NCBI GenBank assembly: GCA_963822965.1
Contig: CAWGJT010000005.1
Coordinates: forward strand, 896,001-960,000
Source: an uncultured delta proteobacterium
Lineage (GTDB): Bacteria; Myxococcota_A; UBA9160; UBA4427
Reading direction: 5' to 3'
DNA length: 64,000 bases
Position numbers and translations under genes: made by a program. Below, piece by piece: positions 17,223-26,724 of this stretch. Within the stretch, counting starts at the first letter, position 1, and each line of letters opens with the position of its first letter. The notes beneath the pieces are model-generated. The model saw only the letters and a program-made list of their open reading frames with translations. It ran no database searches and was not told the DNA's origin.

Positions 17223-17468
17223 TCAGGGCTCGGAGTCGTCACGTGATTCCCGGGGAATCGGGACATCCCGAACGCTCCGAACGAACAATCGCCACCTGTG
17301 GAGGACAAACCAAGTCACATAGAAAATGACAAGCGTGGTGACTAGCGACCGCCACGCAACGCTTAGAAGGGATTCGCCATCCACGTACAGACGGACAGCC
17401 AAGCTGACGCCGCATACGATCGCGAGCGCTACAGAGAAGTTCTTCGCTTGGTCGCGTCTTCTGGTCAC
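17223..17468 (-). CDS. First cassette gene: small 2-TM hypothetical protein
   Basis: 81 aa between the attI-like site and attC; lower GC than the backbone. Confidence 0.55.
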   Translation of the reverse strand: MTRRRDQAKNFSVALAIVCGVSLAVRLYVDGESLLSVAWRSLVTTLVIFYVTWFVLHRWRLFVRSVRDVPIPRESRDDSEP

Positions 17469-17485
17469 TTCGTTGAACTCTCGCC

Positions 17486-17504
17486 GCTCAACTACTTATT
17501 GACC
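17486..17504 (-). other. attI-like simple site
   Basis: Minus GGTCAAT-AAGTA-GTTGAGC (L box, 5-nt spacer, GTTRRRY); GTTGAGCGGCG mirrors the first cassette's R'' side GTTGGGCGGCG; no attC hairpin partner. Confidence 0.55.
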
Positions 17505-17812
17505 TGCACCCCAGTCTACCGTGGCTTCGGGTGAACCGAGCGCGTGTTGGCTTCATAACCGGGTGGCGAGGAACGTTGCTTGGATGGGTCTTCTCCCCGG
17601 AATCTCTCACGATTCTGTGGATCTTCCGAGCCGACGGTGCGGTTTTCGTTGCGGCCTTCTTTTGCTCGATAACCCGGTGGTGGCGCTGCGGTGGTGCTGT
17701 GGACGAATGGGACCTCCGTCTCGACGAAGCTGCTTCGACGCGCTCGAAGCGACGGAAGACGGGCGCCCCACGACGGGCTTCGGAGCCGTGGAGAGCCCGT
17801 GGGCGGCCGGCC

Positions 17813-20800
17813 TCACCCGGGCTCGAGCTCCCGTCCCCCGGTGTCCTCTCGCGCATCCCGGTCGGCCCGCACGAGCCTCTCGATCAGGCGGGAGACGTGC
17901 TGCGGCGACTGCGTGTTCCTGGCCAGCACGGTGTACAGCGCCGGCACCACCACCAGCGTGAGGACCGCGGAGACCGTCACCCCCGACACCACCACGATGC
18001 CGATGGGTTGGCGCGTCTCGGCGCCCGCGCCTCCCCCGAGCAGCAGCGGCAGCGCGCCGAACGTGGTGGAGGCGCTCGTCATCAGGATCGGTCGCAGGCG
18101 GATGCACGAGGCGTCGACCAATGCCTTCGTGAACTCCTCGCCCCGGTCGCGGAGCTGGTTGGCGAACTCGACGATGAGGACGCCGTTCTTGGCAGCGAGG
18201 CCGATCAACAGGACGGCGCCGATCTGGCTGAACACGTTGATGGTGCCGCCCATCAGCCACAGGCCGAGCAGGGCGCCGGTGAGGGCGAGGGGAACGGTCA
18301 CCAGAATCACCAGGGGGTGGCGGAAGCTCTCGAACTGGGCCGCCAGCACCAGGAAGACGATCAGCAGGGCGAGGCCGAAGGTGACGTAGAGGCTGCTGCC
18401 CGAGCGCAGGAACTCGCGGGCCTCGCCGTCCCAGCTCACGCGGGCGCCGGCCGGCAGCACCTCGCGGGCGGCGTCGCCCAGCGCGCGGACGGCTTCGCCC
18501 AGGCTGGCGCCGTCGGCGAGGCCCGCCTCGATGGTGACGGCTCGCATGCGGTCGAAGCGGCTCAGGAGCTGGGGGCCGGCCTCTTCGTGCAGGCGCACGA
18601 GGTTGGCCAGCGGGACGAGGCCGCCGCTCGAGGAGCGGACGTAGAGGTTCGTGAGGTCGTCGGGGCTGCTGCGGTCGGAGGAGCGGCCCTGCAGGATGAC
18701 GTCGTACTCTCGACCGCGGTCCTCGTAGGTGGTGGCGATGCGCGAGCCGAGCATCGTCTCCAGGGTGCGACCGACGTCGGCGAGGGAGACGCCCAGGGTG
18801 GCGGCGCGGTCGCGGTCCACGCTCACCGTCATGCGGGGCTTGCGCTCCTGGTAGTTGCTGTCGGCGTTCACCAGCTCGGGAATCTCCGCCGCCGCGTCGA
18901 GCATCAGGTCGCGCCACTCTTCGAGCTGCGCGTAGTCCGGGCCGCCGATCACGAGCTTCACCGGGCGCCCGTCGCTGCGGATGCCCAGGCTCTGGGAGGG
19001 GAAGATCATCACCCGCACGCCGGGCAGCTCGCCCAGGCGCTCGCGCAGGCGGGACGCGATCTCGTCGGCGCTCTCGTCGCGCTCGTCCCAGGGGTCGAGC
19101 AGCACGATGATGCGCGCGCTGTTCACCTCGCCGGTGGCGCCGAAGCTGGCGGGCAGGCGCAGCAGGAAGCGCATCACCGGACCGTCCTGCACCTCGGTGG
19201 CGAGGATCTCCTCCACCTGCCGGGCGTAGCGGTCGGTGTACTCGAAGCTGGCGCCTTCGGGCGCCTGCATCATGGCGGCGAAGACGCCGCGGTCTTCCCG
19301 GGGCGCATACTCCGAGGGCAGGATGTCGAGCAGCAGCAGCGCCACCACCGAGACCGCGGCGGCGCCGGCCAGGGTGGTCCACGGGCGGGCGACGACGCGC
19401 TCGAGCAGGGCGCGGTAGGCGCGCGAGAGACGCTCGAAGGCGGCGTCCACGCGCACGGCGAGCCCGCGGCGGCCGCCGGTCGTGGCGGTGTGGGCGTGCA
19501 GCAGCTTCGACCCCATCATGGGCGAGAGGGTGAGGGCCACGAAGCTCGAGAAGATCACCGCCACCGCCAGGGTGATGCCGAACTCGTTGAAGAGCCGGCC
19601 GATGTCGCCCTGGATGAACGAGAGCGGGACGAAGACCGCCACCAGCACCAGGGTGGTGGCGATCACCGCGAAGCCGATCTCCTTCGAGCCCTCGAGGGCC
19701 GCCAGCAGCGGGGGCCTGCCCTCCTCGATGCGGCGGTAGATGTTCTCGAGCACCACGATGGCGTCGTCCACCACGAGGCCGATGGCGAGCACCAGGCCCA
19801 GCAGGGTGAGCGTGTTGATCGTGTAGCCGAGCGCCGACATCACCATGAAGGTGGCGATCACCGACACGGGCACGACGACGGCGGGGATGAGGGTGGCGCG
19901 CACGTCGCCCAGGAAGAGATAGATGACGAGCAGCACCAGCACGATGGCGAAGACGAGGGCGTGCACCACCTGCCGCATGGACTCCGCGACGAAGTCCGCC
20001 CGGTCGTAGTTCACCTCGAGCCGCAGGCCCTGGGGCAGGTCGGTCTGGATGCGCTCCATCTCCTCGCGCACGCCGCGCGAGACCTCGAGGGTGTTGGCCT
20101 TGGAGAGCTGCTCGATGCCCAGGGAGACCGCCTGGATGCCGTTGGCTCGGGCCACGTTGCGCTCGTTCTCCGCGCCGAGACGCACCTCGGCCACCTCGGC
20201 CAGGCGCACGATCTGCCCGTCGCTGCCGCGCCCCACCACCAGACGCTCGAAGTCCTCGGGCGTGCGGAAGCCCGTGTCCGTGCGCAACGAGAACTCGCGC
20301 TCGGTGGATTCTAGGCGCCCCGCCGGCAGCTCCACGTTCTCGGCCCGGAGCGCCGCCTCCACGTCGGCCACGGTGAGCCCGTGGGCCGCCAGACCCTCGC
20401 GGTCGAGCCAGATGCGCATGGCGAAGCGCCGCTCGCCCGAGATGCGCACCCGCGCCACGCCGGGCACGGTGGAGAAGCGGTCCACCAGGAAGCGCTCCGC
20501 GTAGTCGGTGATCTCGAGCCCCGAGAGCCGGTCGGAGGTGAGATTCAGGTACATCACCGCCTGGGTGTCGTTGTCGACCTTGGCGATCTCCGGCGGGTCG
20601 GCTTCGGGAGGCAGCTCGGCCACGGCGCGGGCCACGCGGTCGCGGATGTCGTTGGCGGCCTCGTCCACGTCGCGGTCGAGGTCGAACTCGACGCGGATCT
20701 CCGAGCGCTCCTCGCTGCTCTGGGACGTGAGCTTCTCGATGCCCTCGAGGCCCGAGATACGGTCCTCGATCACCTGGGTGACCTTCGTCTCGATGACGTC

Positions 20801-20968
20801 GGCCGAGGCGCCGCGGTAGTTGGTCTCGATGGAGACGACGGGCGGATCGATGTCCGGGTACTGCCGCACGGGCAGGTTCGAGAGCGCGGAGAGCCCCAGG
20901 ATCACCAGCAGCAGGGACATGACGGTCGCGAAGACCGGCCTGCGGATGGAGAAGTCGGACAGGATCAC
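17813..20968 (-). CDS. RND efflux permease (AcrB/MdtC-like)
   Basis: 1051 aa; LPVRQYP, GLVVDDAIVVLEN, AKNGVLIVEF and RLRPILMT motifs. Confidence 0.95.
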   Translation of the reverse strand: MILSDFSIRRPVFATVMSLLLVILGLSALSNLPVRQYPDIDPPVVSIETNYRGASADVIETKVTQVIEDRISGLEGIEKLTSQSSEERSEIRVEFDLDRDVDEAANDIRDRVARAVAELPPEADPPEIAKVDNDTQAVMYLNLTSDRLSGLEITDYAERFLVDRFSTVPGVARVRISGERRFAMRIWLDREGLAAHGLTVADVEAALRAENVELPAGRLESTEREFSLRTDTGFRTPEDFERLVVGRGSDGQIVRLAEVAEVRLGAENERNVARANGIQAVSLGIEQLSKANTLEVSRGVREEMERIQTDLPQGLRLEVNYDRADFVAESMRQVVHALVFAIVLVLLVIYLFLGDVRATLIPAVVVPVSVIATFMVMSALGYTINTLTLLGLVLAIGLVVDDAIVVLENIYRRIEEGRPPLLAALEGSKEIGFAVIATTLVLVAVFVPLSFIQGDIGRLFNEFGITLAVAVIFSSFVALTLSPMMGSKLLHAHTATTGGRRGLAVRVDAAFERLSRAYRALLERVVARPWTTLAGAAAVSVVALLLLDILPSEYAPREDRGVFAAMMQAPEGASFEYTDRYARQVEEILATEVQDGPVMRFLLRLPASFGATGEVNSARIIVLLDPWDERDESADEIASRLRERLGELPGVRVMIFPSQSLGIRSDGRPVKLVIGGPDYAQLEEWRDLMLDAAAEIPELVNADSNYQERKPRMTVSVDRDRAATLGVSLADVGRTLETMLGSRIATTYEDRGREYDVILQGRSSDRSSPDDLTNLYVRSSSGGLVPLANLVRLHEEAGPQLLSRFDRMRAVTIEAGLADGASLGEAVRALGDAAREVLPAGARVSWDGEAREFLRSGSSLYVTFGLALLIVFLVLAAQFESFRHPLVILVTVPLALTGALLGLWLMGGTINVFSQIGAVLLIGLAAKNGVLIVEFANQLRDRGEEFTKALVDASCIRLRPILMTSASTTFGALPLLLGGGAGAETRQPIGIVVVSGVTVSAVLTLVVVPALYTVLARNTQSPQHVSRLIERLVRADRDAREDTGGRELEPG

Positions 20969-22053
20969 GGCAGCGCCGCCGCCGTGACCGGGCGCACCGG
21001 CAGCTCGCCCACGACCTCGACGCCCGCGCCCGGGCGCGCCTTCTGGGTGCCCTCGGCGACGACACGTTCCCCGGCCTCGAGCCCCTCGAGGATTTCCACC
21101 TGCCCGGGCCGGCGACGACCGATGCGCACCTCGCGCTTCTCCACCTGGTTGTCGGCCCCTACCACGAGCACGTACTGGCGGCTCTGCTCGGGCACGATGG
21201 CCTGCTCGGGCACCACCAACGCGGTCACGTCCTCGCGCAGCACCTGCACGGTGAGGAACATGCCCGGCCGCAGCCGGCCCTCGTCGTTCGGCACCAGGGC
21301 GCGCACGGTGACGGTGCGGCTCACCGGGTCGACCCGGGTATCCACGGAGGCCACCTTTCCGCGGAAGACGACGTCGCGCCAGGCGGCGCTCTTCGCCTCC
21401 ACGGTGAGCCCCTCCTCCATCTGCGCGATGGCCGTGGCGGGCACGTCGAAGTCGAGCTTGATGACGTCGGTGTCGTCGAGGGTGGTGATGACGGTGGTCG
21501 GCGTGACGAGGGAGCCCAGGCTCACCCGACGCAGCCCCACCCGCCCCGCGAACGGCGCCCGCACCTTGCGGTCCGAGAGCCGCGACTGGGCGGCGGCCAG
21601 GGCGGCGCGCACCGCATCGCGCTGGGCGACGCGCTGGTCCAGCTCGGAGGCGGCGACGGCGTGGGTCTCGAAGAGCTCGCGGGTGCGCCGTACCTGGTTC
21701 TCGAGATCGACCAGGTTCGCGCGCACCGCGGCCACGTCCGCCAGCGCCTCGGTGTTCTCCAGCTCCACCAGCACCTGGCCCGCCTCCACGTGCTGGCCCT
21801 CGGTGAAGTGGATGGCGGTGATCACCTCGGAGACCTGGGGACGGACGTCGATGGATTCGTTGGCCCGGGCGGTCCCGAGGGCCTCGATGGTGAGCGGAAA
21901 CGAGAGCACCGTCGCCTCGGAGACGATCACCCCGGGTGCATCGGCCCGGGCGCTCGGGGCCAGGACGAGGGAGAGGGAGAGGGAGAGGGAGAAGAGTGCT
22001 TGGATGGCGCGTCCTGCAGCCAAGGGCTGACTCCTCGTGCGGGCCGGCTGCAC
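20965..22053 (-). CDS. RND periplasmic adaptor (membrane fusion protein)
   Basis: Lipoyl-like GQHVEAGQVLV, RAPFAGRVG, LRPGMF; overlaps the permease start. Confidence 0.9.
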   Translation of the reverse strand: MQPARTRSQPLAAGRAIQALFSLSLSLSLVLAPSARADAPGVIVSEATVLSFPLTIEALGTARANESIDVRPQVSEVITAIHFTEGQHVEAGQVLVELENTEALADVAAVRANLVDLENQVRRTRELFETHAVAASELDQRVAQRDAVRAALAAAQSRLSDRKVRAPFAGRVGLRRVSLGSLVTPTTVITTLDDTDVIKLDFDVPATAIAQMEEGLTVEAKSAAWRDVVFRGKVASVDTRVDPVSRTVTVRALVPNDEGRLRPGMFLTVQVLREDVTALVVPEQAIVPEQSRQYVLVVGADNQVEKREVRIGRRRPGQVEILEGLEAGERVVAEGTQKARPGAGVEVVGELPVRPVTAAALP

Positions 22054-22169
22054 CTTCGTTGCCGGCCCCTGCCGTTGCCTCTTCCGTTGGCCCTCATCGG
22101 CCTTCGTTGCCGCTGGGACCGGGCCGCTGCGGGTCGAGCCCGATGCGCCACGCCACCCGTGGTGGGCTT

Positions 22170-22424
22170 ATGGTAGAAGAAGTGCATGGCTTCGCAGCGA
22201 ACCCTGGCCCCCCGCCGGGCGAGCGGCCCTTCGTCGGTCGCAAGGCGGTGCTGGAAGCGCCGGCCGCCGAGCTGGAAGCGACGCTTCGCGGCGATACCCG
22301 CTTCGTGCCGCTGACGGGCCCACCCGGGATCGGCAAGACGAAACTCTACGAAGGCGGAGCACGCCGCGTGCTGGCAGGTCGACGCCTCGCAGGATGCCCG
22401 CTAGCGCGAACTGCGAGCTGCTAG
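22170..22424 (+). pseudogene. Fragment of an AAA_16-type ATPase N-terminus
   Basis: PFVGRK...VPLTGPPGIGKT Walker A followed by a stop about 25 codons later. Confidence 0.45.
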
Positions 22425-22433
22425 CCTGCGGCC

Positions 22434-23660
22434 ATGCAGCCCCTTTCGACCGCGAGCGCGGAGCCCGGACCCCGCGTCGCCAGGCGTGGGGGCTACGGCT
22501 CGCTGCTCTTCGGGGTCGGCAGCTGGTTCGGCTTCTGGGGCACCCACATGGTGATGTTCCAGTGGCTCATCGTGGAGGGTCTGGGCGCACCCCCCGAGCA
22601 GGTGGGCTCCGCCCAGATGGCCTTGAGCCTGCCCTCGCTGCTCTTCCTGCTGGTGGGCGGCGCGATCGCCGACCGCTTCGATCCCGTGCGTCTCATCATC
22701 GCGATCCACCTGGCGACCGCGGTGGTGGTGGGCGGCCTCGCGCTGGCCTTTGCGACGGGCGTCATCTCGTACCCCCTGCTGCTCGTCTATGCGGTCTCGG
22801 TGGGCACCCTGCAGGCGTTCGGCTTCCCGTCTCGCGACACGCTGCTCTCCGAGGTGGTGCGGGGCTCCATGAGCCGAGCCGTCGCGGGCGCCACCCTGGT
22901 GCAGCACGGCGCTCAGGTGCTGGGCTCGTTCGTCGCCGGATCGGCGGGGGTGCTGGGCGGGACGGCGGTGCTGGCGTTCCAGACCCTGCTGGTGGCCTCG
23001 GGAGCCGCTCCCCTCTCCCGGCTCCCGAAGCGGCCACCGCCGGTGCGCCACGAAGGTATCTCCCTGGCCGAGGTCCGGGCGGGCCTCTCGGAGGTGGCCG
23101 CCTCGTCGGTGCTGCGGCCGGTGCTGATCCTCGCCGTGGCGATCGGCGTGCTGTTCGTCGGCCCCTATCTCGTGATCCTGCCGCTGATGGTGCGCGACGT
23201 GTACGGCGGGGGTGCCGCGCAGATGGCGGTGCTGACGGCCATGTTCCCCCTCGGCTCCGTGGTGGGAGGGTTCGCGATCTTCCTGCGCGGCGGCCTGCAG
23301 CGCAGCGGGCGCGCCCTGGCCCTGGGCCACGTGTGCGCGAGCGGATGCGTCGGCGCCATCGCCCTCGCCCTGCCCTTCGCCGGAACCGTGGTCGCCGTGC
23401 TGGGCTGGGGGCTCTCCGGCGCCCTCTTCATCAACGCCGGTCGCACGCTCTTCCAGAGCCATGCCTCCGAGGCCAACCGGGCGCGGGTGCTCTCCGTCTA
23501 CACCCTGGGCGTCATGGGAGGTGCCCCCGTCGGCAGCGTGCTGGCGGGGCTGCTGGCGACGCCGCTGGGCCTGCACGGAACCCTGGCCCTGGACGCCGGG
23601 GTGGCCCTGGCGATCGTGCTGGCGGTGGTCGCCACCACGTCTCTCTGGCGTCAGCCCTAG
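22434..23660 (+). CDS. MFS transporter
   Basis: 408 aa, about 12 TM, GGAIADRFD motif. Confidence 0.9.
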   Translation: MQPLSTASAEPGPRVARRGGYGSLLFGVGSWFGFWGTHMVMFQWLIVEGLGAPPEQVGSAQMALSLPSLLFLLVGGAIADRFDPVRLIIAIHLATAVVVGGLALAFATGVISYPLLLVYAVSVGTLQAFGFPSRDTLLSEVVRGSMSRAVAGATLVQHGAQVLGSFVAGSAGVLGGTAVLAFQTLLVASGAAPLSRLPKRPPPVRHEGISLAEVRAGLSEVAASSVLRPVLILAVAIGVLFVGPYLVILPLMVRDVYGGGAAQMAVLTAMFPLGSVVGGFAIFLRGGLQRSGRALALGHVCASGCVGAIALALPFAGTVVAVLGWGLSGALFINAGRTLFQSHASEANRARVLSVYTLGVMGGAPVGSVLAGLLATPLGLHGTLALDAGVALAIVLAVVATTSLWRQP

Positions 23661-23700
23661 CCCTGGGGTCCGCTCTGGCTCGGCGGACGGCCCCGGGCGC

Positions 23701-24012
23701 TCAGCCGCCCGCGGTGCAGACGTAGATGCCGAAGGTCTGCTCGCCGTTCTCCACGGGGCCGAGGGGCGAAACGGTGGTCCCACCCATGGCGGCCGCGTCG
23801 TTGCGGGCCAGGGTGCGGAGCTCGTCCCGGATCTTGCTCTCGCCGCGGGCGAAGATCCACACCTTGTCGCTGGTGCGGGCGGTCGTCTTGCCCACCTGGC
23901 GGCAGCCTTCCACGGCCTTCTGGGTGGCGTACTGTATCTGCTCGCCCCCGGCCGTCAGGTCCACCCAGGCACAACCCACGAGCCCGACCGCCACGACGAA
24001 GACGAGCGCCAT
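23701..24012 (-). CDS. DUF4156-like lipoprotein
   Basis: Lipobox LVGC; CAWVDLT..G....C...G...LARNDAAAMGG..V...YVC; start approximate. Confidence 0.7.
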   Translation of the reverse strand: MALVFVVAVGLVGCAWVDLTAGGEQIQYATQKAVEGCRQVGKTTARTSDKVWIFARGESKIRDELRTLARNDAAAMGGTTVSPLGPVENGEQTFGIYVCTAGG

Positions 24013-24272
24013 ACGATGAATCGCTGCAAGAGCCACGGAACCCCCCCTGATATCGAACACCTGCAAGATCGCATATCGCCGGGAGTTGCGCCGCCGCTCG
24101 AGCGGCGGAACGACCGTCGCCAAGCGGGCCCGCCCGGCGAGCCGAAGAGGACGGTCGGAAGCCCGTCGGACGCCGGGACGACGGCAGCCGGCGCGATATG
24201 CGTCCCGCCCCTCGCCGTAGTAGTAATAGAAGAAGCAGAAGAAGAACGAAGAGCCCCCGGAGAAGGAAGACC

Positions 24273-25706
24273 GTGACCAGCAGTCTGCGCGTCCGGAAGA
24301 CGAAGGTGATCGCCACCCTCGGTCCCGCCTGCGACGAGCCCGGCGTTCTCACCGCCATGATCGAGGCGGGCATGAACGTGGCGCGTCTGAACTTCTCCCA
24401 CGGCAACCCCGCGGAGCACCAGAAGCGCCTCGAGCGTCTGGCTCGCGCCTGCGCGCGCACGGGCCGCACCGTCGCCACGATGCTCGACACCCGGGGCATC
24501 GAGATCCGGGTGGGCGAGGTGGAGCACGGGCTCATCGACCTGCTGCCCGAGTCCACCTTCGCGCTGTTCCCGGAAGGACATCACCGGGACCGGCCGGGGG
24601 TGAGCGTCTCCTATCCCGGCCTCGCCCGGGCCGTACGACCGGGTGATCCGATCCTGATCGACGACGGCAGCATCGGCCTGCGGGTCGCCTCGGTGGAAGG
24701 CGAGGTGGTCGTCTGCGCGGTGGAGCGGGGCGGTCCCCTGCGCAGCCGCAAAGGCATGAACCTGCCCCACACCGACCTGCAGTTCGGCTCCATGGGCGTG
24801 GCCAACGAGGAGGACCTCGTCTTCGCCGCGGAGCACGACATGGACTACGTGGCTGCTTCCTTCGTCCGCAACGCGGGCGACGTCGCGGAGCTGCGCGAGG
24901 TGCTGGCGCGCCAGGGCTCGACGATCCCGATCATCGCCAAGATCGAGAGCCGCTCCGCGGTCACCCACCTCGACGAGATCGTCGGCGCCGCGAACGGCAC
25001 CATGGTGGCGCGGGGCGACCTCGGCGTGGAGCTGCCCGTGGAGGAGGTGCCCGCGGTCCAGAAGAAGATCATCCGGACGACCGTCACGGCCGGGAAACCC
25101 GTGATCACCGCCACCCAGATGCTCGACTCCATGGAGCGCAACCCGCGCCCGACCCGCGCCGAGGCCAGCGACGTCGCCAACGCGATCTTCGACGGCACCT
25201 CGGCGGTGATGCTCTCCGGGGAGACCGCCGTGGGGGCTCATCCGGTGGAGTCGGTGCGGACCATCGCGTCGCTCGCGCTCAGCGCCGAGGCCTCCCTCGC
25301 GGAGTACGGCCACCTGCAGAACGTCCGGGCCGACCCCGGCAACAAGGTGAGCGAGGCGGTGAGCCAGGCCGCCAACACCATGGCCCGCCACCTGAACGCC
25401 GCCGCGATCCTCACCCTGACCGAGAGCGGCTACACGTCTCGCATGATCTCCAAGTACCGGCCGCCCTGCCCGATCCTGGCGGTCACCGAATCGCCTCGGG
25501 TCGAGCGACAGCTCTGCATGAACTGGGGGATCACCGCCCTGCGCTACGTCGACGACGGCGGCGACGAGTACAAGATCGCCTTCGCGATCGAGCGCGCCCG
25601 CGAGCAGGGCTACGTGCGGGCAGGCGACGTCGTGGTGGTGACCGCGGGTCTCTCGAAGCAGTCCGGCAGCACGGACATGATCCGCGTGCTGACCGTGGAA
25701 GCCTGA
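24273..25706 (+). CDS. pyk: Pyruvate kinase
   Basis: RKTKVIATLGP, ARLNFSHG, IIAKIE, MVARGDLGVE, TATQMLDSM, PTRAEASDVANA. Confidence 0.97.
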   Translation: MTSSLRVRKTKVIATLGPACDEPGVLTAMIEAGMNVARLNFSHGNPAEHQKRLERLARACARTGRTVATMLDTRGIEIRVGEVEHGLIDLLPESTFALFPEGHHRDRPGVSVSYPGLARAVRPGDPILIDDGSIGLRVASVEGEVVVCAVERGGPLRSRKGMNLPHTDLQFGSMGVANEEDLVFAAEHDMDYVAASFVRNAGDVAELREVLARQGSTIPIIAKIESRSAVTHLDEIVGAANGTMVARGDLGVELPVEEVPAVQKKIIRTTVTAGKPVITATQMLDSMERNPRPTRAEASDVANAIFDGTSAVMLSGETAVGAHPVESVRTIASLALSAEASLAEYGHLQNVRADPGNKVSEAVSQAANTMARHLNAAAILTLTESGYTSRMISKYRPPCPILAVTESPRVERQLCMNWGITALRYVDDGGDEYKIAFAIERAREQGYVRAGDVVVVTAGLSKQSGSTDMIRVLTVEA

Positions 25707-25710
25707 GGCG

Positions 25711-26724
25711 TCACGCCGAGCCGGCGTCGCCCGCGAGCCACGGCGCCACCTGCTCGCGATGGACGCGCTCCTCGTCCTCGAGCAGCCCGAGCCGGCGGGC
25801 GCAGTCGAAGAGCAGGATGCGGTCCGAAGGGGGACGACGCGGCGCCTTCGGGTGGATCTCGTCGCGCTCGAGGCGTCCCGTCAGCTGCAGGAAGATCGCC
25901 GCCGCGTGCTTGTAGGCGGGCACCGGGGCGCGGAAGCCCACGTTGCCCAGGTGCTGCAGGGCGTCGTTGCGCGCCAGGAAGACGACGTCGTCGTCCGCCA
26001 GCGCCCGATCGCGCTCGGCGAAGCGCTCGGGGGCGAAGGTCGAGAGCCCCAGCAGGTAGTCGCTGCCCCAGCGCACCATGTCGATGGCCAGGTCGTTGCC
26101 CGTGAAGATGCGAAAGTCCGGGCGCAAACGGTCCCGCGTGGCGAGTCGGTCGAGCTCGAGGGCGCGGTCGAGGGACGAGTGCTTGGCGCCGGCGAGCTTC
26201 GGAAGCTCCAGAAGCCGTGCGAAGGTCTCCCGGTCCCAGATCTCGCCGTGGGGCGCGAACACCCTTCCCAGCTCGAAGCCCACCGCACGGCTCGCAGGCT
26301 CGAGGATCCTGGCGTAGAAGGCCGCCTTCTCGGCCGCGGGCATGCCGTGCATGCTGCGACACTGGACGACGACCGGGACGCCGCCGCGCCGCTCGATGAC
26401 CTCGATGGCCCGGTGGTAGCCCGGCAGCGGATCGTCCCCGGAATCCGGGTAGGCACCCGCGTGGAAGGCGACGCCCTGGCCCAGGGCGTCGCGGGCGGCG
26501 TCGAGCACCGCCTCGCGCTCGGCTTCGGAGAGCAGGTCGCCGAACCCGGTGTCCATGTTGACCGCAACGCCGAGCCCGGCCGCGTGGGTCCGCGCCACGT
26601 GCTGCGCGAAGGCCTTCCAGTCGATCCGGCCCTCGCGGTACGGGAGCAGGGTGGCGGAGACGCCCTGCAGCCTGCGCGGAGGTGCCAGGCGCCGGTCCAC
26701 CTCGGAGAGGGATCCGGGCGTCAC
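25711..26724 (-). CDS. Dihydrodipicolinate-synthase-like (class I aldolase fold) protein
   Basis: ATLLPY...IDW...AVNMDTG, GAKHSSL, FTGNDLAIDMV.WGSDYLLG. Confidence 0.7.
   Translation of the reverse strand: MTPGSLSEVDRRLAPPRRLQGVSATLLPYREGRIDWKAFAQHVARTHAAGLGVAVNMDTGFGDLLSEAEREAVLDAARDALGQGVAFHAGAYPDSGDDPLPGYHRAIEVIERRGGVPVVVQCRSMHGMPAAEKAAFYARILEPASRAVGFELGRVFAPHGEIWDRETFARLLELPKLAGAKHSSLDRALELDRLATRDRLRPDFRIFTGNDLAIDMVRWGSDYLLGLSTFAPERFAERDRALADDDVVFLARNDALQHLGNVGFRAPVPAYKHAAAIFLQLTGRLERDEIHPKAPRRPPSDRILLFDCARRLGLLEDEERVHREQVAPWLAGDAGSA

Noticed and set aside
17707..17760. Possible intI N-terminal remnant (KLL-DAL-like)
   Set aside because: Needs frameshifts, and no downstream HYS/RTE or tyrosine-recombinase motifs are present; too weak
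21967..21992. (GAGGGA)n hexamer run, and (CCAGAG)3 near 36522
   Set aside because: In-frame low-complexity SLSLSL signal-peptide sequence and a short intergenic microsatellite; no sign of phase variation
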